Positions 36,703 through 46,464 of a stretch of DNA of 64,000 nucleotides are shown here, piece by piece. Within the stretch, counting starts at the first letter, position 1. The number at the start of each line of letters is the position of its first letter. Below the pieces are notes generated by a model. The model was given only the letters and a program-made list of their open reading frames with translations. It had not been told where the DNA came from and ran no database searches. Source of the DNA: an uncultured Pseudomonadota bacterium (GTDB taxonomy: Bacteria; Myxococcota_A; Polyangia; Fen-1088); contig CAVSOL010000025.1 in assembly GCA_963729535.1 (NCBI GenBank), positions 1,646 to 65,645 on the forward strand, in the 5' to 3' direction. The position numbers and the translations under genes are program-made.

Positions 36703-38019
36703 ATGAATCTGAGAATGTCGAGTCGAACAGTTTGTCTGGCGGCCGCGATGGTTGTGCTGTCAGGTGCGTGCACCTCCAACACTGGCGCGCCGGCCGGCGG
36801 TAGCGGGGGACAGGCACAAGGGGGCTCTGGTGGGAAAGGCGGGCAGGGTGGGCAGACCACAGCGGCGGGAGGAAGCCCCGGCGGCACGGGTGGCAAGTCC
36901 GGTCAGGGCGGGCAGACCACAGGCAACGGTGGTAACTCCGGCAGCACTGGCGGGACGTCCAGTGAGGATGGCGGGTCGATCGAACCACGAGCCGACGCAG
37001 CGGCTGGCGCCGGGGGCAGCGGCGGCCAGGGTGGCACGTCGCGGCCGCAAGGCGACGCCTCGGACACGGCGCCAGCGGATGCGGGCGGCGGCGACGGCAC
37101 CGACGGTGCCGTCGCGGTCGGCAATCCCCGCCGCGTGCTCCTGGGCGACGAAGGCAACCGGCGTGTCCTCCTTGTGGACTTGCAGAACCCCAGCAGCGCG
37201 GTCTGGAGCACGCAGCTCAACGATGCAAACAAGTACGGGGACGGCCTGCGCGACATCCAGCTCGTGGGAGGCGATCGTGTCGCGGTGTCGGTCCCCAAGG
37301 GCTATGTCGAGCTCGACGTAAAGACCGGCGCGATTCGCAAGGAGGTCAGCAGGTTCACCGGCGTCGAGAGCATGCGCCGTCTTCCCAACGGCAACACCGT
37401 TCTCGGCGGAAATTCCGATGGCGGGGTCACGTTGCAGGAGCTGGATAGCCAGGACGTAGCCGTGGCGGGGCGCAAGGTGACGTTCACGAACCACAGCCAG
37501 CTGCGCTTGCTCCGGCGAACGCCCGAGGGCACCTTCCTGATTGGAGTGGCGAACAAGCTGGCCGAGGTCAACTGGGACAGGCAGACCGTTTGGGAGATGA
37601 TCATCCCCAACGGCGACTACGTGTATCAAGGCCTGCGTCTGCCGGACAAGACCATCGCGGTCACGTCAGGGTATGGCGCGGCGCTGCTGCGCATCGACGC
37701 AGCGACCAAGAGGGTGCTGACGACCATCGGCGGCAAGAGCCAAGCCAATGCAGCGACCATCGTTCCGAACTTCTATGCCGGATACCAGATCCTGCCCAAC
37801 GGCCACTTCGTGGTCACCAACTGGGAAGGCCATGGCGGCGGGAACGGCGGCAAGGGTGTCCAGCTCCTGGAATACGACGCATCAGGAGCGCTGGTGTGGA
37901 GCTGGAAGCAGAATCCCAACCTGGTGTCCTCGCTACACGACGTCATCGTCCTCGACGGGCTTGACACCACCAAGCTCCACGACGACGTCAATGGTGTGCT
38001 GGCCCCGGCTACGCAGTAG
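36703..38019 (+). CDS. Lipoprotein with Gly-rich linker and beta-propeller-like domain (unknown function)
   Basis: Lipobox LSGAC and a Gly/Gln linker. Repeated strand-rich units (RVLLVDL..., VAVSVPKGYVELD, FVVTNWEGHGG). Confidence 0.8.
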   Translation: MNLRMSSRTVCLAAAMVVLSGACTSNTGAPAGGSGGQAQGGSGGKGGQGGQTTAAGGSPGGTGGKSGQGGQTTGNGGNSGSTGGTSSEDGGSIEPRADAAAGAGGSGGQGGTSRPQGDASDTAPADAGGGDGTDGAVAVGNPRRVLLGDEGNRRVLLVDLQNPSSAVWSTQLNDANKYGDGLRDIQLVGGDRVAVSVPKGYVELDVKTGAIRKEVSRFTGVESMRRLPNGNTVLGGNSDGGVTLQELDSQDVAVAGRKVTFTNHSQLRLLRRTPEGTFLIGVANKLAEVNWDRQTVWEMIIPNGDYVYQGLRLPDKTIAVTSGYGAALLRIDAATKRVLTTIGGKSQANAATIVPNFYAGYQILPNGHFVVTNWEGHGGGNGGKGVQLLEYDASGALVWSWKQNPNLVSSLHDVIVLDGLDTTKLHDDVNGVLAPATQ

Positions 38020-38191
38020 TCGGGACGGACACTGAGCTGAGACGCGGGGGGCACCGCCGCCTGCGGCGAAACGCTACCGCCCCGTCGACGGCGCGATCCA
38101 CAGGTGGGAGGACGTGTTCCGGTATCCGCGAGAACGAGTAAACGCCGACTGGGATTGACCTTCTGTTGAAGAAGGAAAAGAATCGGGGTGC

Positions 38192-40156
38192 GTGGCGAAG
38201 GTTGTGGGGCTGCTGTTGGCGACCATTGTGGTGGGGGCGGCGGCGGGCAGCTCGGTGCTAGTCGAGACGAACCGCAAGAAGGCGGCAGGACAGCGAGCCG
38301 GCAGCGCGGCAGAGTCGGCGAGGACGCGGACCCGACAGGCCCTGGCGGCCCACGTCGCCCAGCTCGAACGCGAGGTGAAGGATGCGGCGGCGAATCCCCG
38401 GCTGGTCACCGCGCTGAGGGGGCGCGTCGACAGAGCGACGCTGGAGGATCTGTTCCGCAGCGAGCAGTGGAGCGAGGCGTTTCAGGCCGAGTTCAAGATG
38501 TACGCGATCGCCGTCGAGAGCGAGCTCCGCATCGTGCACGGTGGGATCAAGGGGGCGGAAGTCTCGGGCGATCTCTTGGTGCGCCTGGCGCGCGAGCAGC
38601 GCCGGTCGGTGTCGGAGATCGCCTTGAGCAAAGGCTTCGCATACGTCGCGGCGGCGACAGTGGTCTCCATTCCGGAACGCTCGGTCTCGCCGGTATTGGT
38701 GCTGACAAAGCCGCTAGATGACGCCGCGCTGACAAAGCTGTCGGAGACCGCACACGGCGCGGTGCTGCTCAGCGATGGCCAAACGGCAGTGATCGAGGCG
38801 GGCAGCGAGCCCGAGCGCGAGTTGTTACGCGGCGTGGTCGGCTCGGAGCGGCGAACGCCGCTCTACGTGCCGGCGGACGGCGGCTGGGCGGCTCGCGTCG
38901 ATCGACTGGCGCCTGAACTGTGGATGTGGACGTACGCGAGCGCCACCGCCGAGAGCTCTGCGGTGGTGCGCCACGTGGCGATCTGGGCGGTCGCATTGAC
39001 GGCGTTGATCGTCTTGCTTCTCGGATACAAGCGGGCCGCCGTCGGGCGGGAACAAGCCCCGCGGACGACCGACGGCCCGCGGCCGATCGTCGGTCTCCCG
39101 AGCTCGGCATCGCGGGCCCCCATCTCCGAAGCCTACGGCAACCACACCGGTCTTACCTTCGGCCGCTACCGCCTGATCGACCGGTTGGGCTCAGGCGGAA
39201 TGGCCGAGGTGTACACTGCGGTCACGTTCGGCGCCGAAGGTTTTCGCCGCACGTTCGTGGTCAAGCGCCTCCACGCCGAGTTGGCGCGCCACCCCGCCGC
39301 GGTGGCGCAGTTCATCGACGAGGCGAACCTGGGTTCGACGCTCGTGCACTCGAACATCGTTCCCGTGTTCGACTTCGGCAAAGTTGGTGACGAGTATTTT
39401 CTGGCGCAGGAATACATCCTCGGTCGTGACCTGGGCCGCGTCACGGCGCGAATCATCGAACGCCACCGCAAGCCCCTGTCCGCTCCCTTGGTGTTGTACA
39501 TCGCGCGCGAGACGTGCAAGGCGCTCGAGTACGCGCACGCCAAACTCGACAAGACGGGCAAGCCGATGGGCCTCGTGCATCGCGATGTGTCGCCCGAAAA
39601 CGTGCTGATCTCAGCGCTGGGCGAGGTCAAGCTGCTCGACTTCGGGATCGTCAAGGCCGACGGGCGCGTCAGCAAGACCCAGGACGGCCTCGTGAAGGGG
39701 ACCGCCAGGTTCATGTCCCCCGAGCAGGCGCGCGCGAGCGCGATCGACGCGCGCGCCGACCTGTTTTCGTTGGGGCTGGTGATCTTCTATTGCTTGACCG
39801 GCGAAACGCTGTACAGCGGAGACGCAACCCACGAAGTTCTGTTCAGAGCCTCCCAGGGACCGCGTGCCGAGGAGCTCGCGCGTTTGGCCGACCTCCCGGC
39901 TCCCTTCCCGGCGATTCTGCTCAAGGCACTGCGGACGGATCCGGCGGAGCGCTATCAGACGGCCGCGGCGTTCGGAGCGGCGCTCAGCCCCCACGCTGGC
40001 GACGTTGCCCGCGACCTGGTGGATTTGATGCACACCCTTTTCGCCGCCGATCTCCAGCAGGAGGAGACGCACTTCGCCGCGGCGGTTCCGAACAGCGGAG
40101 CCGCCGCGGATGATCACGAGCGGGCGAGACAAACGACGCCCACGACCCGGTCGTGA
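38192..40156 (+). CDS. Receptor Ser/Thr protein kinase: TM, about 270-aa extracytoplasmic domain, TM, Hanks kinase
   Basis: LGSGGMAEVY, VVKRL (Lys), HRDVSPENVLI, DFGIVK, GTARFMSPEQ. TM1 is VGLLLATIVVGAAAGSSVLV and TM2 is IWAVALTALIVLLLGY. Confidence 0.9.
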   Translation: MAKVVGLLLATIVVGAAAGSSVLVETNRKKAAGQRAGSAAESARTRTRQALAAHVAQLEREVKDAAANPRLVTALRGRVDRATLEDLFRSEQWSEAFQAEFKMYAIAVESELRIVHGGIKGAEVSGDLLVRLAREQRRSVSEIALSKGFAYVAAATVVSIPERSVSPVLVLTKPLDDAALTKLSETAHGAVLLSDGQTAVIEAGSEPERELLRGVVGSERRTPLYVPADGGWAARVDRLAPELWMWTYASATAESSAVVRHVAIWAVALTALIVLLLGYKRAAVGREQAPRTTDGPRPIVGLPSSASRAPISEAYGNHTGLTFGRYRLIDRLGSGGMAEVYTAVTFGAEGFRRTFVVKRLHAELARHPAAVAQFIDEANLGSTLVHSNIVPVFDFGKVGDEYFLAQEYILGRDLGRVTARIIERHRKPLSAPLVLYIARETCKALEYAHAKLDKTGKPMGLVHRDVSPENVLISALGEVKLLDFGIVKADGRVSKTQDGLVKGTARFMSPEQARASAIDARADLFSLGLVIFYCLTGETLYSGDATHEVLFRASQGPRAEELARLADLPAPFPAILLKALRTDPAERYQTAAAFGAALSPHAGDVARDLVDLMHTLFAADLQQEETHFAAAVPNSGAAADDHERARQTTPTTRS

Positions 40157-40162
40157 CGGATC

Positions 40163-40498
40163 ATGGCCGCGTCACTGACGCGGACCAGGAGCTCCGCACA
40201 CGTGCGACGGGTTCTGAGCGTGCAGCTGTCGCGCGTCGAAGACGCCGTGCGCGTCGAGCTGCTGAGCGCGCGCGGTGACCGGCTCGGCGAGCGGGACCTC
40301 GCCGCTGGTGACAGCGGCAGTGATCCGGCGGGGCCGATCGCGGTTGTCATCGCTGCCTGGGAGGCCGGTCTCGGTGCGTGGGCGCTCGGCCGCATCGAGC
40401 GCCATGCGGGTGGTTCCTCGCTGAGGGCGCGCGCGCCGAAGTCCCTGGCGCCGCGCGGCAATCCTCGCCGTTTGTGCGGGCCGGACGATCGTCGATAA
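40163..40498 (+). CDS. Small hypothetical protein resembling the N-terminal module of the 10257-11288 protein
   Basis: VRVELLSARGDRLGERDLAAGDSGSDPAGPIAVVIAAWEAGL versus AVRLTDAHGTIVGESVLEGSCEERAHRAAVLLAIWQTRL. Confidence 0.4.
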   Translation: MAASLTRTRSSAHVRRVLSVQLSRVEDAVRVELLSARGDRLGERDLAAGDSGSDPAGPIAVVIAAWEAGLGAWALGRIERHAGGSSLRARAPKSLAPRGNPRRLCGPDDRR

Positions 40499-40508
40499 TG
40501 ATGCGCGC

Positions 40509-42656
40509 ATGGGCGGCGGCGTGACCCGATCCTGGTTGGTTGTGCTGTGCGTTTTCGTGGGGTGCGGTGGCGGCGCGGGCCAGACCGACGGCGGCCGCGA
40601 CACCCCAGGGAGCAGCGACCACGCGGGCGACATGGCGCCCGCCGGCGATGCGCCCGGCGACGGTCTCGTTGCGGTCGACGGCGCCGCGGACGTGCCGGCG
40701 GCGGACGCGCCCGGCGACACCGCGCCGGACGTGCCAGCGGGCGACGCGCCCGAAGGCGGCGCGCCGGACGTGCCAGCGGGCGACGGCAGCGACGCTTCGC
40801 CCGACGGCAGCGACGCCTCGCCCGACGCCAGCGACGGGCCCCCGGGCGACACGGGCGGGTCGGATACCGGAGGCGTCTGCGAGGTGGTGCGCACGCTGTC
40901 CGCATCGCAGAGCCTGGCGTACGCGCCGATGGCGATCGGCGATCGCTGGACGTACCAGGGCCGTTCGTGGCTGACCAGCTTTCCCCAGTACCCGGTCGAG
41001 TATCAGCAACGCCTGGAGGTCACGGGAACGAAGACGATCAACGGCGTCGAAGCGTTCGTCGTCAACGATTCGAGCCCCGACGGCAACCCGACGCCGGCCG
41101 ACGAGTACTTCGCGGTCACCGCGGCCGGCCTCGTCAACGAAGGGCTGGCGGCGACGGGCAACCCGCCGCCGACTGGCTGGTTCCCCGCCGCCCCTTATGT
41201 CGAGGTCCCGTTCCCGGTGCGGGTCTGCTCCGCGTTCCAGAAGTTTCAGATGACGGGCAGCAGCGGCAAGGCGACCGGCACCTCGGTGGCGCGCGCTGTC
41301 GAGACCACGGCCGTGTCGGGCATGAGCTTTCCCGATGCCCTGCGCATGGAGGAAAACGTGACGATCGAGACCGCCGCGCCCGACGGTGGCGCGCCGGTTG
41401 TCCGCCCCTACTCCAGCACCGTCGACTGGTACGCGCCGGGCTTCGGGCGGATCAAGCGGACGGTGAACCTGTCCGACCGCGAGTACCACTACGACATCAC
41501 GGGCGCGCTCATCGGCGGCGTCGGGCACGGCGTCCTGCCCGGGGGCAACATCGCTCAGCTCGACGTCATCTCCTCGTTCCTCGGCAGCTCCGATCGTCCC
41601 GCGGTCGCGTCGGATGGCCAGCGCTTCCTTGTCGTGTCGTCCACCAGCACGGACCTCTATGTTGGAGGCCTGGCGGCGATCCTGGTCGGGCCCGACGGAA
41701 AAACCATCAAGACCACGCCCATCGTCCAGGGCGGGCGCGTCCCGACCACCGCCGCCGTGGCTTACGGTGACGGGCGCTACCTGGTCGCCTACCCGACCTG
41801 GAACAGCACGATCAAGGCGGTGATGCTGTCATCCGACGGGACGCAGATGGGATCGGCGTTCGACATCTGGGGCGGCGGATCGGTCGCGGTCGCTTATGGC
41901 AAGGGCGTGTTCCTGGTCGCGAGCAACCAGAGCGCCAGCCTCGGGATCAGCGTCGTCAGCAGCCAAGGTGCCGTGACGAGCGAGGCGATCCCGTACCCTG
42001 GGCAGCAGCAGCAGGGCGCGCCCGCGCTGGCCTTTGACGGCAAGAACTTCCTGATGGCGTGGCTCAACACCACCAGCGAGCTTCCGAACGGCCTGAGCAA
42101 ACACGTCTCCGCCGGCCGCGTGAACGCGGACGGCAACGCGATCGATGTCGCGATCACGCAGGTCACCACCGCGCCGCCGTTGCAGGTAGACGTCGACGTG
42201 GCGTTCGACGGCACTCGCTACGTCGTCGCCTGGGGCCACGCCAAGTTCGCATCCGAAATCGGCGCCAACGAGGTACGCATCGCGCGCATCGGCACCGACG
42301 GTGTGCTGCTGGATCCGGGTGGTCGCGTGATCGCCCCCGCCCGCGGCGAGACCGGCAAGGCCAATCCGCGCATCACGCGCCTGGGCTCACAGACCCTCGT
42401 CGTCTGGCGGCGCACCAATTATCAGGAGCGCGGCCCGTCGATCTGGATCGCCGGTACGCGCGTCGACGCCGACGGCAACTCGCTCGACAGCTCGGCGACC
42501 TCCGACGGTCTCTTCATCTCTGGGCCGTCGAGCAGCGAAACCATCTTGCCAGCGGTCGCGTGGAGCGGCGATCGCGCGTTGCTCGTCTACATCGACCGCG
42601 GCGGCGAATCGATGATGAAGCGCAAGCTCGACGCCAGCCTGGTATTCCCGTGGTAA
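40509..42656 (+). CDS. Lipoprotein with Asp/Ala/Pro repeat linker and large beta-rich domain (unknown function)
   Basis: Lipobox FVGCGG and DVPAGDAP-type repeats. Repeated strands in the C-terminal half (RFLVVSS, RYLVAYP, VFLVASN, NFLMAWL, RYVVAWG, TLVVWRR, ALLVYID). Confidence 0.85.
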   Translation: MGGGVTRSWLVVLCVFVGCGGGAGQTDGGRDTPGSSDHAGDMAPAGDAPGDGLVAVDGAADVPAADAPGDTAPDVPAGDAPEGGAPDVPAGDGSDASPDGSDASPDASDGPPGDTGGSDTGGVCEVVRTLSASQSLAYAPMAIGDRWTYQGRSWLTSFPQYPVEYQQRLEVTGTKTINGVEAFVVNDSSPDGNPTPADEYFAVTAAGLVNEGLAATGNPPPTGWFPAAPYVEVPFPVRVCSAFQKFQMTGSSGKATGTSVARAVETTAVSGMSFPDALRMEENVTIETAAPDGGAPVVRPYSSTVDWYAPGFGRIKRTVNLSDREYHYDITGALIGGVGHGVLPGGNIAQLDVISSFLGSSDRPAVASDGQRFLVVSSTSTDLYVGGLAAILVGPDGKTIKTTPIVQGGRVPTTAAVAYGDGRYLVAYPTWNSTIKAVMLSSDGTQMGSAFDIWGGGSVAVAYGKGVFLVASNQSASLGISVVSSQGAVTSEAIPYPGQQQQGAPALAFDGKNFLMAWLNTTSELPNGLSKHVSAGRVNADGNAIDVAITQVTTAPPLQVDVDVAFDGTRYVVAWGHAKFASEIGANEVRIARIGTDGVLLDPGGRVIAPARGETGKANPRITRLGSQTLVVWRRTNYQERGPSIWIAGTRVDADGNSLDSSATSDGLFISGPSSSETILPAVAWSGDRALLVYIDRGGESMMKRKLDASLVFPW
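40722..40841 (+). repeat. In-frame tandem repeats inside the linker of the 40509 gene
   Basis: GCGCCGGACGTGCCAGCGGGCGACG at 40722 and again at 40761 (39-nt period). GACGGCAGCGACGC(T/C)TCGCCC x2 at 40782-40823, plus a partial third unit. Confidence 0.8.
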
Positions 42657-44155
42657 CGGCGCCGCCGCGCCGAGCGGTCGCCTCGCTCCGCTTGGCCGTC
42701 GCCCTCGCTCTGACCGGCGGGTGCGGCGGGACGACGCTCGGCGTGGACGCGGGGCCGCGAGACGCGAACAGGAGCGCCGACGTCGCCGCGGCCGATGCTT
42801 CGCGCGATGTCGTCGGAGAAGAGCCGGTCGATGCGCCCGCCGATGGGCAACCCGACGTGGCCGGGGACGGTGCGGGCGGCGACGCGCCCGCCGGTGACGC
42901 GCCGGACGCCATCGGCCCGACTGACGCGCCGGCGGAGAGCCTCGCGGACACGTCGGCCGAGCGAGCCTCGGACGCCACCGGCGCCGACGCGCAGCCGGAC
43001 GTCGCCGCCGACCTGCCCCCCGACGTCTCCGGCGACGCTGGCCCCGATCTCCCCACCGACGTCGCGCCGGATATGCCGCTCGACGGCGGTCCTTGCATGC
43101 CCCGCCGATGCGGGATCGAGATCGCGTGCGGCGTGGCGGCCGATGGCTGCGGCGACAGCGTCACCTGCGATCCCTGCCCCGACATCGGCCGCGTGCTGCG
43201 CCTGCCCGGCGCCCGTCACATGGTCGTCGACAAGGCCCGGAACCTCATCTACGTCACCACCGCCGGGAGCAACCCGACCTACCCGAATGCGGTCGTCATC
43301 GTCCAGCCGACGCCGACCACGCCCAAGATCGTCGGCTCCATCGCGGTCGGGCGCGAGCCGAACGTGCTCGCGCTGTCGGACGACGGTACTCGGTTGTGGG
43401 TCGGCACCGACGGCGACTTTGCGATCCGGAAGGTCGAGCTCGGCGCCGGCGCGCCGGTCCTGGGCGCACAGTACAAGCTCCCGTTCGGCGCGAACTACCC
43501 GTACCAGACCATGGTCGGGTCCATGAAACCGCTACACGGCAGCGCTGATTCGGTGATCGTCGTGCTGGCGAGCTCGACCGAGAGCGTCGGCGTCGTCGTG
43601 ATCGACAACGGCGTTCCGCGCGCGGCGGCGACGCGCTCCTTTGCGTCGTGTGTGGTCCCGGGGCGCGGCGACACCGTCTTCGGCGCCAACGGTCGCATCA
43701 CCTCGTACGAGTTCTACACGATGCAGCTGTCGTCCACGGGGCTCGCTCAAACGACGTTTGACCGGTTGCTCACTAACTTCACGCGCGATCTCGTGTTCGC
43801 GCACGATCGCGTCTACTCGGAGGGGGGCGAGGTTGTCGACGTCACCACGCCCGGCGCTCCGGTGAACCTCGGCAAGCTTCCGACGTGGGGCTGGCCGCGG
43901 CCGCTCCCGAACGATCCGACGCGCGTGTTGCTCCTGTCGGGCGGCCCGCGCGACGGCTACGCGGTGCTGCGCACGGTCGACACCGCGACGCGGGCCACGA
44001 AGGCGATGGTCTCGATCACGGGCGCGACCGGCTACTACATGCGTGACCTGGACCTGGTCGGAACAGATTCGATCGCCTTCATCGCCGAGGAGACGACACC
44101 CGACGCCACGCACCCGAACCTGTTGATCGTCGCGCGTACGTCGCTCCTCCCCTGA
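42650..44155 (+). CDS. Lipoprotein with Asp/Ala/Pro linker, Cys-rich knot and propeller-like domain (unknown function)
   Basis: GTG 42650 overlaps the upstream stop; lipobox LTGGCGG. Also CMPRRCGIEIACGVAADGCGDSVTCDPCP and then YVTN-like strands (LIYVTTAG, VLALSDDGTRLWVG). Confidence 0.8.
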   Translation: MVTAPPRRAVASLRLAVALALTGGCGGTTLGVDAGPRDANRSADVAAADASRDVVGEEPVDAPADGQPDVAGDGAGGDAPAGDAPDAIGPTDAPAESLADTSAERASDATGADAQPDVAADLPPDVSGDAGPDLPTDVAPDMPLDGGPCMPRRCGIEIACGVAADGCGDSVTCDPCPDIGRVLRLPGARHMVVDKARNLIYVTTAGSNPTYPNAVVIVQPTPTTPKIVGSIAVGREPNVLALSDDGTRLWVGTDGDFAIRKVELGAGAPVLGAQYKLPFGANYPYQTMVGSMKPLHGSADSVIVVLASSTESVGVVVIDNGVPRAAATRSFASCVVPGRGDTVFGANGRITSYEFYTMQLSSTGLAQTTFDRLLTNFTRDLVFAHDRVYSEGGEVVDVTTPGAPVNLGKLPTWGWPRPLPNDPTRVLLLSGGPRDGYAVLRTVDTATRATKAMVSITGATGYYMRDLDLVGTDSIAFIAEETTPDATHPNLLIVARTSLLP

Positions 44156-44373
44156 GCGCGGGCAGGCGTTCGGCAGGACTCTGCGCTGCGCAAAATCTGG
44201 CTGCCCGACTGCAGGGGCTCGAAAACGGCGATCTCAGCGTGCGTGGCGACTCCGAAAAAGCGCCAGCAGCGTGGATGAATGCTGCATGATGGTCACGTGC
44301 GCGGCACCCACGCGCTCCACGAGGGCTCGATCGTCGCCGGCCTAGCGTTCGCGGTCCGGATCGCCGACTGGCC

Positions 44374-44901
44374 GTGATCACGATGCAGCACAATCGAACT
44401 TGGCGTCTCGCTGCTGTCGCGCTGCTTGCGGCGCTTGGCGCGTGCGACCGCGTGTGGGTCTATCGCGTCCCCGATCGTCCCCATAGCGGTACGGACGCTC
44501 GGCCCGAATATGTGCTGAGCGCCGCCCCCGGCGTCGCGTACAGCGTGGGGTTCATGTGGTTCGCTGGCCGTCTCTGCGCCCATGGTGAGGTCCACAACGG
44601 AACGCCCAACGCGATCGTGTTCCATGCCGACCGCTTCTTTTTCCAGGACGGTTCAGGACGCCGGTATCACCCCGGCAAGCCGTCCGGCGGCCGCACGTTC
44701 CCGGATCCAGTCGACATCGCGCCAGGGCGGTCGTTCAAGGTTGAGCAGTGGTCCCAGGACGGCCCCTCGACGGACGGATCGTTTGGGGCGCAGCGACTTC
44801 ATCCCGAGGGACGCCGGCTGCTGTTCGAGCAACACGGGATCGTCGTCGACGGACAGAGCGCGCCCGTCAAAGTGAGCATGGAGTTGCAGGATCCGGCTTG
44901 A
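44374..44901 (+). CDS. Small lipoprotein (unknown function)
   Basis: Lipobox LAALGAC; intact 175-aa ORF. Confidence 0.65.
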   Translation: MITMQHNRTWRLAAVALLAALGACDRVWVYRVPDRPHSGTDARPEYVLSAAPGVAYSVGFMWFAGRLCAHGEVHNGTPNAIVFHADRFFFQDGSGRRYHPGKPSGGRTFPDPVDIAPGRSFKVEQWSQDGPSTDGSFGAQRLHPEGRRLLFEQHGIVVDGQSAPVKVSMELQDPA

Positions 44902-45024
44902 TGCCGTCTCGATAGACTCCGCGGCGCATCAATCGGCGCGGTTGCCACATCTCAGGGCAATAACGCGCCGCCAAGGCGCACGCGCTGGTGTTTGTTCCTT
45001 CGAGCGTCGACGCGAGAGCTCGTC

Positions 45025-45651
45025 CTATTTCCGGTCGGCGCGACTACCCTCCATGAACGCGCGGAAACAACCGGCGGGGTAGTCCTTCAGGTACGCACTC
45101 ACCCAGAAATCGCGGCGAGCGAGATCGGTTCGTGCTGCTGCGGCTTCCACCGCCAACGCCATCGCCTCTTCGCGAAGGGCTCCGCGCGGATACTTCGCCA
45201 AGTAATCTTCGAGAAGAACGCCAGCGCGCCGGAAATCCCGAGTGTGCCGGACGGCCAACATCGCGTCGACCAGGAGCTGATGTCCCGCCTGCTCCTTTTT
45301 ATCGACTACCGATCGGGCGACCGATCTCTCGTTTCTGCCGTCGCGCCCTTTCCGCCGAAGATCTGGCGGAAGGCCGACTCCAGCGCATTTCCGTAGCTGG
45401 CGAGAGGTCGCCCGTCGCGCACGTCCGTCCGGAGCGCTTTCAGGAAGCGCTCGCGCATGTCGAAGCGCCCCATCTCGAGGCCGAACACGATGGTCGTGAA
45501 CGGCGGACCGGCGGAATCCCCGGGTCGCGCCGTTCCCGAGAAACGTTTGGGACATGACTTCTCGCGGACCGTGAAGTTGCGGGCGTAGGCAATCCCGTGG
45601 TGATCGACCTGCAGATGCTTCGGATGTGCGAGCCTTCTCGAGGCGGAGCAT
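45025..45651 (-). pseudogene. Disrupted gene; the C-terminal half is a TPR-like helical tail of the type found in myxobacterial anti-sigma proteins
   Basis: The in-frame tail is LLVDAMLAVRHTRDFRRAGVLLEDYLAKYPRGALREEAMALAVEAAAA. The plausible upstream protein sequence (HHGIAYARNFTV...TTIVFGLEMGRFDMRERFLKALRTDVRDGRPLASYGNALESAFRQIFGGKG) lies in a different frame. Confidence 0.45.
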
Positions 45652-45666
45652 CCGTGGAGGCTATCC

Positions 45667-45721
45667 CGGCAGGGCCCGTAGGGCCCAGGGGAGAGAGTTG
45701 CCGGAGGGCCCTTCTATCGGC
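45667..45721 (+). repeat. Copy 1 of a 55-bp direct repeat
   Basis: CGGCAGGGCCCGTAGGGCCCAGGGGAGAGAGTTGCCGGAGGGCCCTTCTATCGGC; contains a GGGCCC-GTA-GGGCCC hairpin. Confidence 0.85.
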
Positions 45722-46464
45722 CAAAGGGCCGCTTGAAAGTCCTATCCCCAACAAGGCGAGGATTGGCGCGTTCACTCGGCAGTCATCCGGAGCTGGTCGG
45801 TGATCAGCGCAGCCCCGGGCACTCGAGCGGCGTTTTCGACGAAGGCGCAGGCAGTCATCGGCGCCAGCCTCCGCTCAGGCCCCAGCCGATGATCGCGACG
45901 GCCCCACCGACCAACCAGATGAGCCAGGCCAGTCCGTCACCCATGCTCGAGCCTTTGCCGCCGTTGCCGAGGCGGGGCTTCACCCCTCGGCGCGCGAGCT
46001 CCTGCAGGAACCCTGCAGGTCTCCGCTTCGTCGCTGAGAGCAAGGCCCTTCCTGGGAATGCTCACGGCGAACCGTTCCCGGTCGAATCCCATCTCGGGCT
46101 CCAGGCGCTCCAGCCAACGCGCTTCTGCGAGCTCCTGCCAGGAGACGTGCTGTGCGGTGCTACATTCTTCCGCACTTCGACGCCGTCGCTCAGGGCGTGC
46201 ACCTGCAGCCGCGGGCCCGGTGCACGATGCGCCGAAATCGAATCGACATCGCCAGTCGAAAACCTGCCCACGCTGGCCACGTGACCACCGCGAGCACCAC
46301 GGCCAGCACGACCTTCCAGCGCGCCCATTCAGCCGGATCCTCGCGCGCCATCGTCGAGGTCACAGTATAGGGGCATTGCAGCGGGGGGCGAGCCGCTAGA
46401 CTCATATGCGGACCCGTACGTTGGTGCTTCCGAGACGCGTACCCTCGAAGAAGCGTTGGCGCCG

